A program made the position numbers and the translations under genes. Shown piece after piece: positions 18,489 to 28,501 of a stretch of DNA of 64,000 nucleotides. The notes under the pieces are model-generated. The model was given only the letters and a program-made list of their open reading frames with translations, made no database searches and was not told the origin of the DNA. Source of the stretch: Eledone cirrhosa (Eukaryota). Position 1 is the first letter of the stretch, and each line of letters opens with the position of its first letter. Location: NCBI GenBank assembly GCA_964016885.1, contig OZ024742.1:316572001-316636000 (forward strand), read 5' to 3'.

Positions 18489-18531
18489 ATATTGCTGATG
18501 AGTTGTAACAACAACGAAACTAGTTCAATGT
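18489..18531 (+). ncRNA. Canonical minimal type I hammerhead
   Basis: atattg-CTGATGA-gttgt-aaca-acaac-GAAA-ctag-TT-caatgt. Palindromic ACTAGT stem III. Confidence 0.85.
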
Positions 18532-18753
18532 TCCTTGTCTGGCTTTCTGGAGAATAGAGGAAAGGTGTTTCCTCAAAAACCAGTATGACTCTAAAAACCG
18601 GTTTGTCTGTGTGTTTACATACAGAATAGCTGGACACTCACGGTAAAGTGACCAGTGAAAAACTTGGGACATCTACATATGTATACGTGTGTGTATTCAT
18701 ATGCATACTAGTATTTCATTATACATATGTGGATGTACATTTTTAACTTAATT

Positions 18754-18802
<49 letters not shown>

Positions 18803-18809
18803 CAATGAA

Positions 18810-18866
<57 letters not shown>

Positions 18867-18939
18867 AACTATCCAGTGAACTTTCAACCGTCAAGGTTGT
18901 TTTTCCACGGTTATAGCAATATTTATAAAAGAAATCTTG

Positions 18940-19004
18940 TATTGTATCTGATGAAAGCGCACCAATAATGCCTTGGTTGCCCTTGAAATATATATAATAA
19001 AATA
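18940..19004 (+). ncRNA. Type I hammerhead within a pLTR-like repeat (~18870-19128)
   Basis: tattgtat-CTGATGA-aagcgcaccaa..ttggttgccctt-GAAA-tatata-TA-ataaaata. Confidence 0.75.
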
Positions 19005-19124
19005 ATAATGGTTTTATAAATATAGTTTCCATTTATTAATATTACTCCAGTAAACTGTTGAGTGGTTTATATCAGTTATAAACTTTTAAGCTTTTTGGAA
19101 TCCCAGCCAATCAAATATAACTTC

Positions 19125-19170
<46 letters not shown>

Positions 19171-19176
<6 letters not shown>

Positions 19177-19700
19177 GAATTTGTGCTCCGAAATAACGAT
19201 GTATATATGAATGTATATATAGTGTATTTGGCAATATACTGTATGTTTAATTAAAAACATTTTGGAGGACCTTACGCTATTGTTTTAAAGTAGTGACTAT
19301 GTCACTTACTTGTTTTTTCAACAAACAAAGGGAGATAAGCTGACAGATCTGTTTCACACTGTTGGTGATCATAAGAGCTTAGCACTAGCCTTTGTTTGTT
19401 GAAAATTATAAATGTTGGATTCTTATAGAATTCCAGTAATAATCAGGAACTGATTATATAGAGCAGTTGCCGGTCCAGCAAAGATTGAAAATTAGATATG
19501 GTGCTCTGAAATAGCGATGTATATATGAATGTATATATAGTATATTTGGCAATATACTGTATGCTTATCTCCCTTTGTTTGTTGAACAAAGAAGTGACAC
19601 ATAGTCACTACTTTAAAACAATAGCGTAAGGTCTTCAAAATGTTTTTAATTACGCATACACTATATTGCTAAATATACTTTATATACATTCATATATATA
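19171..19700. mobile_element. Retrozyme-like element: ~318-bp unit, tandem on minus plus inverted arm
   Basis: 19171-19245 is repeated at ~19489-19563, and 19562-19700 is the reverse complement of ~19205-19340. HHR at 19336-19381 (minus) with mutated core CTTATGA. Same family as 42005-42330. Confidence 0.75.
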
Positions 19701-19870
19701 TATATATAATGTAGGAGGTGAGTTTTATTGTAGTACAATAAAGCAATGCAGATATCGGATAAGAAGCACTCTACAGTTTGTAGGACTGGAGTATACATAA
19801 TATATAAGATCAAAAGATGGATAATAAAATACATGGAACTCTTTTAACCATCTTTTGATCTTATATATAT

Positions 19871-20560
19871 AGGGAAAAAAGATGAAGCCGAAAATGCAAC
19901 TGGAGTCTGTTTAAGAATATTTATTTGGTTCCTTTACCGGTTCGCAGTTCTTGTGCTTTTCAAAAGTAGAATTGAGATGGAGCGTTTGTGGTTTTTCTCG
20001 CATCTGATTGATGTTCGGATGTTACTTCTGTTTTATATGGAAAAAAGTGGCTCGAAATGCTAGGTTATTAAAAAAGTGATTTGGTTTGTTGAAGAATGTC
20101 ACGTGAAATAATAAATTTCGCGCCAGTTCGCGTTAAAAAGTTCTTATTATATTTGCCTTTAAAAAAGGGGGGTGGGAGCTGAGATTGTTTTTTCATATAT
20201 GAGTGAAATATGGTTGGTTGAAGCAGTCACGTGAATAAGCACATCAACTTTCGCGCCAATTTGTGTTTGAGTTTCTTTTTACTTAAAAAAGTGGCTGAAA
20301 AGTTTTTTTTTATAAATGTAATATGATTGGTTATAAATGAAATTATGACTGTCATGTGAACAAGTACATTAAAATTCGCGCCCGCATTTGGGAATTTTAT
20401 TTTTGTAACCATTTAGGGAATTTTGTGCCAAACAAAAGATAATGGTCAAGAAAAAAGGGATGGGAGAATTGTTCTGATTCAGTGATTATGGCGGATGTGC
20501 TGAGGTGTCAAAATTCAGACATTCTATTGAAATAAAGAAAGTAGAGATATGTATTTTTAT
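19871..20560 (-). mobile_element. PLE pLTR/3' UTR-like repeat with U3:A8 hammerhead at 19929-19971
   Basis: The terminal ~130 bp match 31690-31830. HHR: TTGAAAA-gca..tgc-GAA-ccgg-TA (one A lost). Confidence 0.55.
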
Positions 20561-20569
20561 TTGTTTGCT

Positions 20570-20606
<37 letters not shown>

Positions 20607-21238
20607 GTGTGTGTTTGTGTAGAAAAATGATTCTATTAGTAGAAGTGGGGAGGGAGTTATGTGTGTGTGTATGTGTGTGTGGGAGTATGGTTAGCATGTT
20701 AAGATGGAGAGAATATATAATTGTGTGTGTGTGTGTGTAGGAAAATGATTCGTTAGTAGAAATGGAGGAGGGAGTTATGTGTGTGTGGGGGGGGGGGGTA
20801 TTGTTAGCATTTTATGGTGTTAACATAATGTATATTAAACTATATTTAATGCTGGTCTATATTTTTGAATAAACATATTTTCCTTATTTATTCGTATAAT
20901 AATACAACAGAATAAATACGAATACACAAGGAAAATATGTTTATTCAAAAATATAGACCAGCATTAAAAACAGTCTTGTAATTCTGAAGTATTTTTCCAT
21001 ATAATTTAACTCCACCAATCTCTTTTTCAATCTCTGTCTCTCTGAGGGGTCACCCCTGAGGTGTCATTCAATGAAACGAAAAACACACTCACTGCTGTGC
21101 TGGTTCTTGCTATTTGAAATTTCTTGTTAGCTATTCTCATACACCGTGGCCCCCCCCCCCACATATATAATATATATATATAATATATATATAATATCGC
21201 TCTCTCTCTCTCATTCTCTATCTCTCTCTCTCTCTCTC

Positions 21239-21360
<122 letters not shown>

Positions 21361-21547
21361 TTATATACATATATGCACATTTATACGCACACAAGCAAAT
21401 ATATATATATATATATACATATACACACATACACACACACACACATATATATATGTGCGTGTGTGTGTATGTATGTATGTATATATATATACATATTTGT
21501 TTGTGTGCGTATAAATGTGCATATATCTATATAAATATAATATATAA

Positions 21548-21609
<62 letters not shown>

Positions 21610-21614
<5 letters not shown>

Positions 21615-22026
21615 ATAATAATAAATTTGAAGACTAAAATCCAAAGAGGGCTCGATAAGGATAAATATATATCAAATATATAAGAACGGTAGAGCAAATA
21701 TTTATTAAAATAACAGTTTAAAGTTTAAGCAGCAGAGAACGTCCCCATGAACCACCTAATACGACTTCTTTTATACCATAAACGTGGTTTTGTCTTTGCG
21801 TGTAATTGTTTTTCACCGCTCCTATTAATGACGTATTATATTCGTTTTTTTCCCGTTCTTTGCCAGGGAACGTTTCCACGAACCGAAGTATCGTCTTCCT
21901 GTTCTTCCTCCGGTTGTAACGTTTTTTGAAATATTTACTTCTGCGTTCACAGATTGACTTTTTTAGTTTCAAAAGATCCCGTTAAGGGTGAAAGCAGCGA
22001 TTCTTTGCTTAAACTTTAATCTGTTA

Positions 22027-22035
<9 letters not shown>
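21610..22035. repeat. pLTR-like repeat with inverted ends (family also at 40955-41005, 53300-53385 and 54241-54480)
   Basis: TATTAAAATAACAG(T/A)TTAAAGTTTAAGCA and its reverse complement. Flanked by (TA)n. Confidence 0.7.
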
Positions 22036-22067
<32 letters not shown>

Positions 22068-22069
<2 letters not shown>

Positions 22070-22434
22070 AGAGGTTATATTTAATTTGTTGTGATACAAC
22101 AAGCAAAATATTTTTATAACTGATATAAAGCACTCAAATTACTGGAGTAAATATACAATATATTAACAAATGGAAACTATATTTATAAAACCATATTTAT
22201 TTCATTATACATATTTCAAGGGCCACCAAGGCAAATTATGGTGCGCTTTCATCAGATAAGATATAATATAGGTTAGTTTTATAAATATTGACATACTCAG
22301 ATAAAAAAAAACCAGGGTATGTAAATATTTATTTATAAAATTAACCTATATTATATTTTATCTGATGAAAGCGCACCATAATTTGCCTTGGTGGCCCTTG
22401 AAATATGTATAATGAAATAAATATGGTTTTATAA

Positions 22435-22440
<6 letters not shown>
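22068..22440. mobile_element. Inverted pair of hammerhead-bearing pLTR-like repeats
   Basis: HHR at 22354-22419 (+): tattttat-CTGATGA-aagcgcacca..tggtggccctt-GAAA-tatgta-TA-atgaaata. Mirror copy at 22198-22263 (-). Confidence 0.8.
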
Positions 22441-22529
<89 letters not shown>

Positions 22530-23589
22530 TGTGTACAAAATTGTATACACTTCATAGTTTTGTGCTATATAGTATTGGAATGCAATTTCTAATAACTGAA
22601 AATTTTGTTATGAACAGTTTCATAAAATGTGGTTTTAGTAATATGTTTTCCTTTAGCAGAAGCCAAATAATAGAAATGTTTTTCGTTGCCTTGATCAATA
22701 TATTACAAGTCTGTTATGGTGTTACTTCCATGTCAAACGTCAGGCCTAGAGATGTTTTGTCTGCAACTATGGTTATTGGTTTTATTTTCCTACTAATCTG
22801 AAGTACATTAGTGTAAAGCAGATAAATGTCAGTCAGATATTTCCCCATGTAAATAGTCATAAGATTCAAGTCTCGCTACATATAGATATAATAAAAGGCA
22901 ATCCTAATATTTAACCTTGTTTGAATCAAAGTTAAAAGGAAGATCTATGTTCACATAGGTCATATAGCTTCTCACATATGAAAACAATTCTTTACCACTG
23001 TCGAAAGCTCTGTCATGAACCTGTTTTGTCGAGAAACGTTTTCACATCAATGTCTGAGATAACAACATACCATCCATAATGAATTAGGTAAATGCCCAAG
23101 TACGCTTAGAAGGCAACAATCTCCAGTGTTTGCCTTTCAGCCTGGATTAGTTGCCTCTATGTTCATATCATATATTTTCTCACATATGAAATAATTTTCC
23201 TCGTCTTTATCACAGTAAAGCTCTGTCATGAACCTGTTTTGCCGAGACAGTTTTTCACATCAATGTCTGAGATGACAGCCATTATAAATGAGATGATTAC
23301 CCAGGTACACTTAGTAGACAACGATCTTCAGAGTCTGACTTTCAAGCTGGACTATTTGCCACTCAATAAAATTCACTTTCGTGTTTTCATTGTTGCTGTT
23401 GCTGAGACTGGTAGTCATGTCTGCATCAATAAAGACGTGGAAAATTGCCTATACTTGTGTTTTCCTGTAAAAGCCTTTTTGTTTTTGTATTGTTGGAGGT
23501 CAACTTATCAATGAAAAACATCTTTTCAAACTAGAATTTATATGAAATTATAATCTTTTATTACCATGTATTATTATATTTATATGCCT

Positions 23590-23729
23590 TGCAGCACAGT
23601 TACGTACTTTTACGGACTGAGTTCAAATCCCGCCGAGGTTAACTTTGCCTTTCATCCTTATGGGGTCGATAAAATAAAGTACCAGTAATGTACTGGATAT
23701 TTGCTGGCTTTGTGCCAAAAGTAGAAACA
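23590..23729 (+). mobile_element. 5'-truncated SINE with 17-bp TSD
   Basis: SINE core present. TSD ATTATATTTATATGCCT. Confidence 0.9.
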
Positions 23730-24236
23730 ATTATATTTATATGCCTAAAGTATAATTGACTAACTACCGTCCTGCTTCTTATTTCATGTCAATATACAGA
23801 TATATATTCTCATATGATATTGTATATAAAGACATTGTAATCAGTTTCTATTTTTTAATTCTATATGTCAGTTAATGTACGGATGTACATAAGTGCAAAC
23901 ATTTTGATATATTGTTTTTAATATACCACTTTTGCTTTGCTTTTGCCTTTGCTTATGCTTTTGCTTTGCTATGTATTCTTAATTAGTATAGTGTGAACCT
24001 CGTCCGTTGTATGGAGTTATCTCATTGATGTAAAACAGTTGACATTTTAAACAATATTTAGAATTTAGATTCCTATGTATATGTAGAGCAATGAACAGAT
24101 ATCTCTTATGTAGCGTGGTATGGCACACCGGTCTATATATAGAATGAAGATATATTTTAAATTTAAAAAAAAAAAAATATATATATATATATACATATGT
24201 ATATATATATATATATATATACCTTCCCTGTGGGGC

Positions 24237-24325
24237 TCCCTTGATAAGCTGGGTTACCTCACAACAATGTTACATATCTATGATATAACATTTTTGCATA
24301 GTGACCAGCGAAACTACAGTCGGGA
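24237..24325 (+). ncRNA. U3:A8 variant hammerhead with extended stem II, in a short insert within (TA)n
   Basis: tccc-TTGATAA-gctg-g-gttac...gtgac-cagc-GAAA-ctacag-TC-ggga. Confidence 0.75.
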
Positions 24326-24375
24326 CGAAGAAAAAATAGGTATATATTGTGTCTATTATTCCTTCTTATTTTATA

Positions 24376-24441
<66 letters not shown>

Positions 24442-24446
<5 letters not shown>

Positions 24447-27400
24447 AGGATGAATATAAAATGAAAGTGCTTTTGTTAAAAAAGGAATTTATTAGGTATT
24501 GACATATGTTTCTGTAACAGACCGAATACCTATGTATCGCTGCTTGCGTAATCATATAATGTTAGCAAGTATTCGATAGCAAATGTATAATCAGTTGTCA
24601 CTTCTTCAGAGATTTTGGATAAACTGGATAAAATCAGAAAAATTGAAGTATTTATATTAGTAAAAGAGGAAGGAACAGAGGGGATAGAATATGACAGATG
24701 GTAAAATAATTTACTGCTAAACAAGTATATAATGGGTTTTTAATGAGAATACCATGAGTAAATCTAAATAAGAATTTTGGGAGTGCCGATTTTAATCTCT
24801 ACTTGACCAACTGGACAGTGGACAGGGCTGGTCATTTGGTGCAGTAGTATTAATCATAAAGTGTCAATTGGGGAAGGGGGAGATTTCGATTGCTACTAAA
24901 TAACATCAATGCTAGTAGTCAGCTGGTATTTCCACTAGGGAATTGAATCAAAAAATCAGAAATCTCATTTTATCTATAGCAGTTTGTATTAAAAGGTAAA
25001 TAATAGAAGAGTTGATAGAATTAAGACTAATAAAGAATGTTAATATCTATTTTGACAATCAAACGGGGATAGAGACAGGCGTTCAATCCTGGTAGTATTT
25101 ATAATATGAAAATGTAGATTTTAAGCGATGGTTACAGTATAACGATCGCTCTATTCTGTTATTTAATAAAATGTTTTTGGATTTCATAATACAAAATAAT
25201 TCTACATTACATAATTTACAAAATTCCTGTCCATTGGTATATGGGGGGGCAGACGCTATTATATCCCATTTTAGGTGAAATTGTTGGTTATTTTCACGCA
25301 GCTGCCAAGCCTTGTCTGCGAGTGTTGTTACATAACGCTGGTTTTCATGTTTTATCGAATAACGATGTCTATAAAGGCGTGATTTAAAGGAGGTGGCTGT
25401 AGATCCCACATAGTACCACTTCTGTCTATTCGATTCGATAGTACATTTGTATACGATGTTGCGTTCAAGACACTGATTGTTCAACGGACACATTCCTGGT
25501 TGGACACAGTTGCAATTACAATTTTGCGTTGTTGTATTGCCATGGATGGGTTGATGAGGTTGCTTATGCAGGACAGGATGTTGTTTGTTGTTTTGTGATG
25601 TTATAGCTAATGTTTTACGTGTATTGTTATGTGTTGGAAGGCGTTTATACAACCGTTTTGCGTTAAGCATTTTTATATGTTGTTCAATATTAGGGGCGGT
25701 TGAATATGAAAGTCGGATGGTGTTAGGGTTTAAGATTTTATTATATTTATGTGATGTTGGAAAGTGTTTTCTAACTAATCGAAAGAATTTTGTGGGTAGA
25801 TTGGTTATAATAGATTTGTTATAGACCGGGTTGTACCAGATATACTCCTTACATCGCCTTCTGTTTGGTGGTGTGCGACTATTATTGTGTCTATTGCGGT
25901 AGTGTATGTATGGTGGTGATTCTGTGCTATTTCTACTCCTATGTGATTTATTTTGGGTGTTTTGGTGATCATTGACTATATACTCTATATTATCTAGGTG
26001 ACCGGCTTTCCTAAGTGCATCATCATAATACTCGGCATGTTCTTTGAAGGTTTGTTGGTTGGACGATAGGCGGGAGATTCTAAGAGAAACATTTCTAGGG
26101 ATGGATTTAATTATAGAGAGTGGATGGTTAGAACTCGTATTTACATATTTAAGGTTCTCATTTAGTTTATGGAACGGTTTAATCGTATCTGTATTGAGAT
26201 TGAAAGTAACATCAAGGAAATTGACCTCTTTGAGGTTATATTCAAATGTAATATTTAATCCTAGTTCTTTAAAAAGTTTTCTGATATTTTTACGCATCCT
26301 TTCTAAATTCTGGTTATTCATATTCTTAACTAATAGGAGCGCATCGTCACGGTAAATTCCACCGTGGAGATCCTTGAATTTTCCTTGTAATCTGTGGGTG
26401 ATATAAATTCCCACAAGATCTGTTACTTCCGCCGAATCATTAGAACCCATAGTGATATCAAAATTAGAAGGTCTATCTTTGCGAACCCAGTAGCTATCAT
26501 CGAATTTAACTATAGTTTTTCTCGCTTCCATAATAATTTTAATTTCAGCATCCGTGAGGTCGGAATTATCCTTAGCGAACGAAAGAGCTTCATGTAGAGT
26601 ATCAGGTGAAATTGAGGAATAATATTCATCAATATCAAACTGAATAAATTTTGATTTTTTCTTATCAGTAATGTTGTTAAACCATCTTATTGCTTCATGA
26701 GTGTTACCCCATAGTTTAATCTCTACTTTAACCTTAACTTGGGGGATAATTCTGTCTAGTATATATTTGCTAATTTTACCTATATCAGATTTAGAGGGGC
26801 ATATAAGTCTAATATTAGGGTTAGTATCGAAGTTTACCTTGTGGTCCTTCAGGTTGAAGGATGGTATAGCTGGTGTTAAGGGTTGCGTTCTATCGTCAAT
26901 ATAAAGTTTTTTAACAATATCACATGCCGAGTTGTTGATGTTTTTAAGTGTGGCTTCATTAGTTTTCCTGTATTTTTTATGCAATTCCTTACGGATGAAG
27001 TTATTGTAAGTGTCCACATCCATGGTATATACGTTTGATGTTTTGTCTGCTCTAACAATAACTCCATTGGCGTTTTTTAGATTATTGAGCAGTGCCGTGA
27101 TGTCATTCTGTAGTTTATTGTTCTTACGTTTTGTAAATTTGATCTCCATGATCATATCCATTAGGTCTTGTTCAAATGCATCCAAAAGTGGGTTTGAGGG
27201 TGGGTTCTTGTAAGATTTAAATCCAAATTTATCCTTGTTAAGATCCGATGTTTGGTTTATACGGCTTTTGTCAAAATGGAATGTTTTCCATCTGATTCGT
27301 CGAATAAAATCATTGGTCCTTCGTATCATACCTAGAATATAATCGCTTTTTGCCTGAATAGGTATGTTTTTTAACGACATATCCAATTGGTGCCTTTCCA

Positions 27401-27850
27401 TTTTAGAAGCGTATGCTGAATTAGTTGCTCAACTGTATAGGAGATTAATAAAATTTCAGGTTATCAATAATGTAGTGATAATATATCGTTACGTTAGAGA
27501 TGAACAGCGTACGTGCAGGTTTGCTCAACGAGTATAAATTATATTCCGGAGAAATGTAGAAAGGATGAATATAAAATGAAAGTGCTTTTGTTAAAAAAGG
27601 AATTTATTAGGTATTGACATATGTTTCTGTAACAGACCGAATACCTATGTATCGCTGCTTGCGTAATCATATAATGTTAGCAAGTATTCGATAGCAAATG
27701 TATAATCAGTTGTCACTTCTTCAGAGATTTTGGATAAACTGGATAAAATCAGAAAAATTGAAGTATTTATATTAGTAAAAGAGGAAGGAACAGAGGGGAT
27801 AGAATATGACAGATGGTAAAATAATTTACTGCTAAACAAGTATATAATGG
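24442..27850 (-). mobile_element. Naiad-like PLE, left (inverted) arm with partial tandem pLTRs
   Basis: Mirror image of 28053-31461. pLTR repeated at a 3115-bp period. Ends on TA in (TA)n. Confidence 0.95.
25083..27401 (-). CDS. Penelope-like (Naiad-type) reverse transcriptase / GIY-YIG endonuclease, 772 aa
   Basis: ADKT motif, QFDIDEYY, ITMGS, IYRDD catalytic motif, NFLDV, CNC..CPL..CL Cys cluster, NIVY..YYVGST nuclease motif, CKLC..E..LLN..E..CNH tail. Confidence 0.95.
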   Translation of the reverse strand: MERHQLDMSLKNIPIQAKSDYILGMIRRTNDFIRRIRWKTFHFDKSRINQTSDLNKDKFGFKSYKNPPSNPLLDAFEQDLMDMIMEIKFTKRKNNKLQNDITALLNNLKNANGVIVRADKTSNVYTMDVDTYNNFIRKELHKKYRKTNEATLKNINNSACDIVKKLYIDDRTQPLTPAIPSFNLKDHKVNFDTNPNIRLICPSKSDIGKISKYILDRIIPQVKVKVEIKLWGNTHEAIRWFNNITDKKKSKFIQFDIDEYYSSISPDTLHEALSFAKDNSDLTDAEIKIIMEARKTIVKFDDSYWVRKDRPSNFDITMGSNDSAEVTDLVGIYITHRLQGKFKDLHGGIYRDDALLLVKNMNNQNLERMRKNIRKLFKELGLNITFEYNLKEVNFLDVTFNLNTDTIKPFHKLNENLKYVNTSSNHPLSIIKSIPRNVSLRISRLSSNQQTFKEHAEYYDDALRKAGHLDNIEYIVNDHQNTQNKSHRSRNSTESPPYIHYRNRHNNSRTPPNRRRCKEYIWYNPVYNKSIITNLPTKFFRLVRKHFPTSHKYNKILNPNTIRLSYSTAPNIEQHIKMLNAKRLYKRLPTHNNTRKTLAITSQNNKQHPVLHKQPHQPIHGNTTTQNCNCNCVQPGMCPLNNQCLERNIVYKCTIESNRQKWYYVGSTATSFKSRLYRHRYSIKHENQRYVTTLADKAWQLRENNQQFHLKWDIIASAPPYTNGQEFCKLCNVELFCIMKSKNILLNNRIERSLYCNHRLKSTFSYYKYYQD

Positions 27851-28501
27851 AAGTGGAAATACCAGCTGACTACTAGCATTGATGTTATTTAGTAGCAATC
27901 GAAATCTCCCCCTTCCCCAATTGACACTTTATGATTAATACTACTGCACCAAATGACCAGCCCTGTCCACTGTCCAGTTGGTCAAGTAGAGATTAAAATC
28001 GGCTCTCCCAAAATTCTTATTTAGATTTACTCATGGTATTCTCATTAAAAACCCATTATATACTTGTTTAGCAGTAAATTATTTTACCATCTGTCATATT
28101 CTATCCCCTCTGTTCCTTCCTCTTTTACTAATATAAATACTTCAATTTTTCTGATTTTATCCAGTTTATCCAAAATCTCTGAAGAAGTGACAACTGATTA
28201 TACATTTGCTATCGAATACTTGCTAACATTATATGATTACGCAAGCAGCGATACATAGGTATTCGGTCTGTTACAGAAACATATGTCAATACCTAGTAAA
28301 TTCCTTTTTTAACAAAAGCACTTTCATTTTATATTCATCCTTTCTACATTTCTCCGGAATATAATTTATACTCGTTGAGCAAACCTGCACGTACGCTGTT
28401 CATCTCTAACGTAACGATATATTATCACTACATTATTGATAACCTGAAATTTTATTAATCTCCTATACAGTTGAGCAACTAATTCAGCATACGCTTCTAA
28501 A

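Larger units (their letters stand above)
17419..18758. mobile_element. Retrozyme-like non-coding element: 466-bp unit, ~1.6 copies on minus (17419-18163) and ~1.3 copies on plus (18164-18758)
   Basis: Period 466 on both arms, near-identical copies, (TA)n on both flanks, one HHR in each arm. Confidence 0.85.

Noticed and set aside
28064-28258. 64-aa ORF present four times
   Set aside because: Lies in the pLTR over the HHR-like structure, has a non-ATG start, and is repeated only because the pLTR is.
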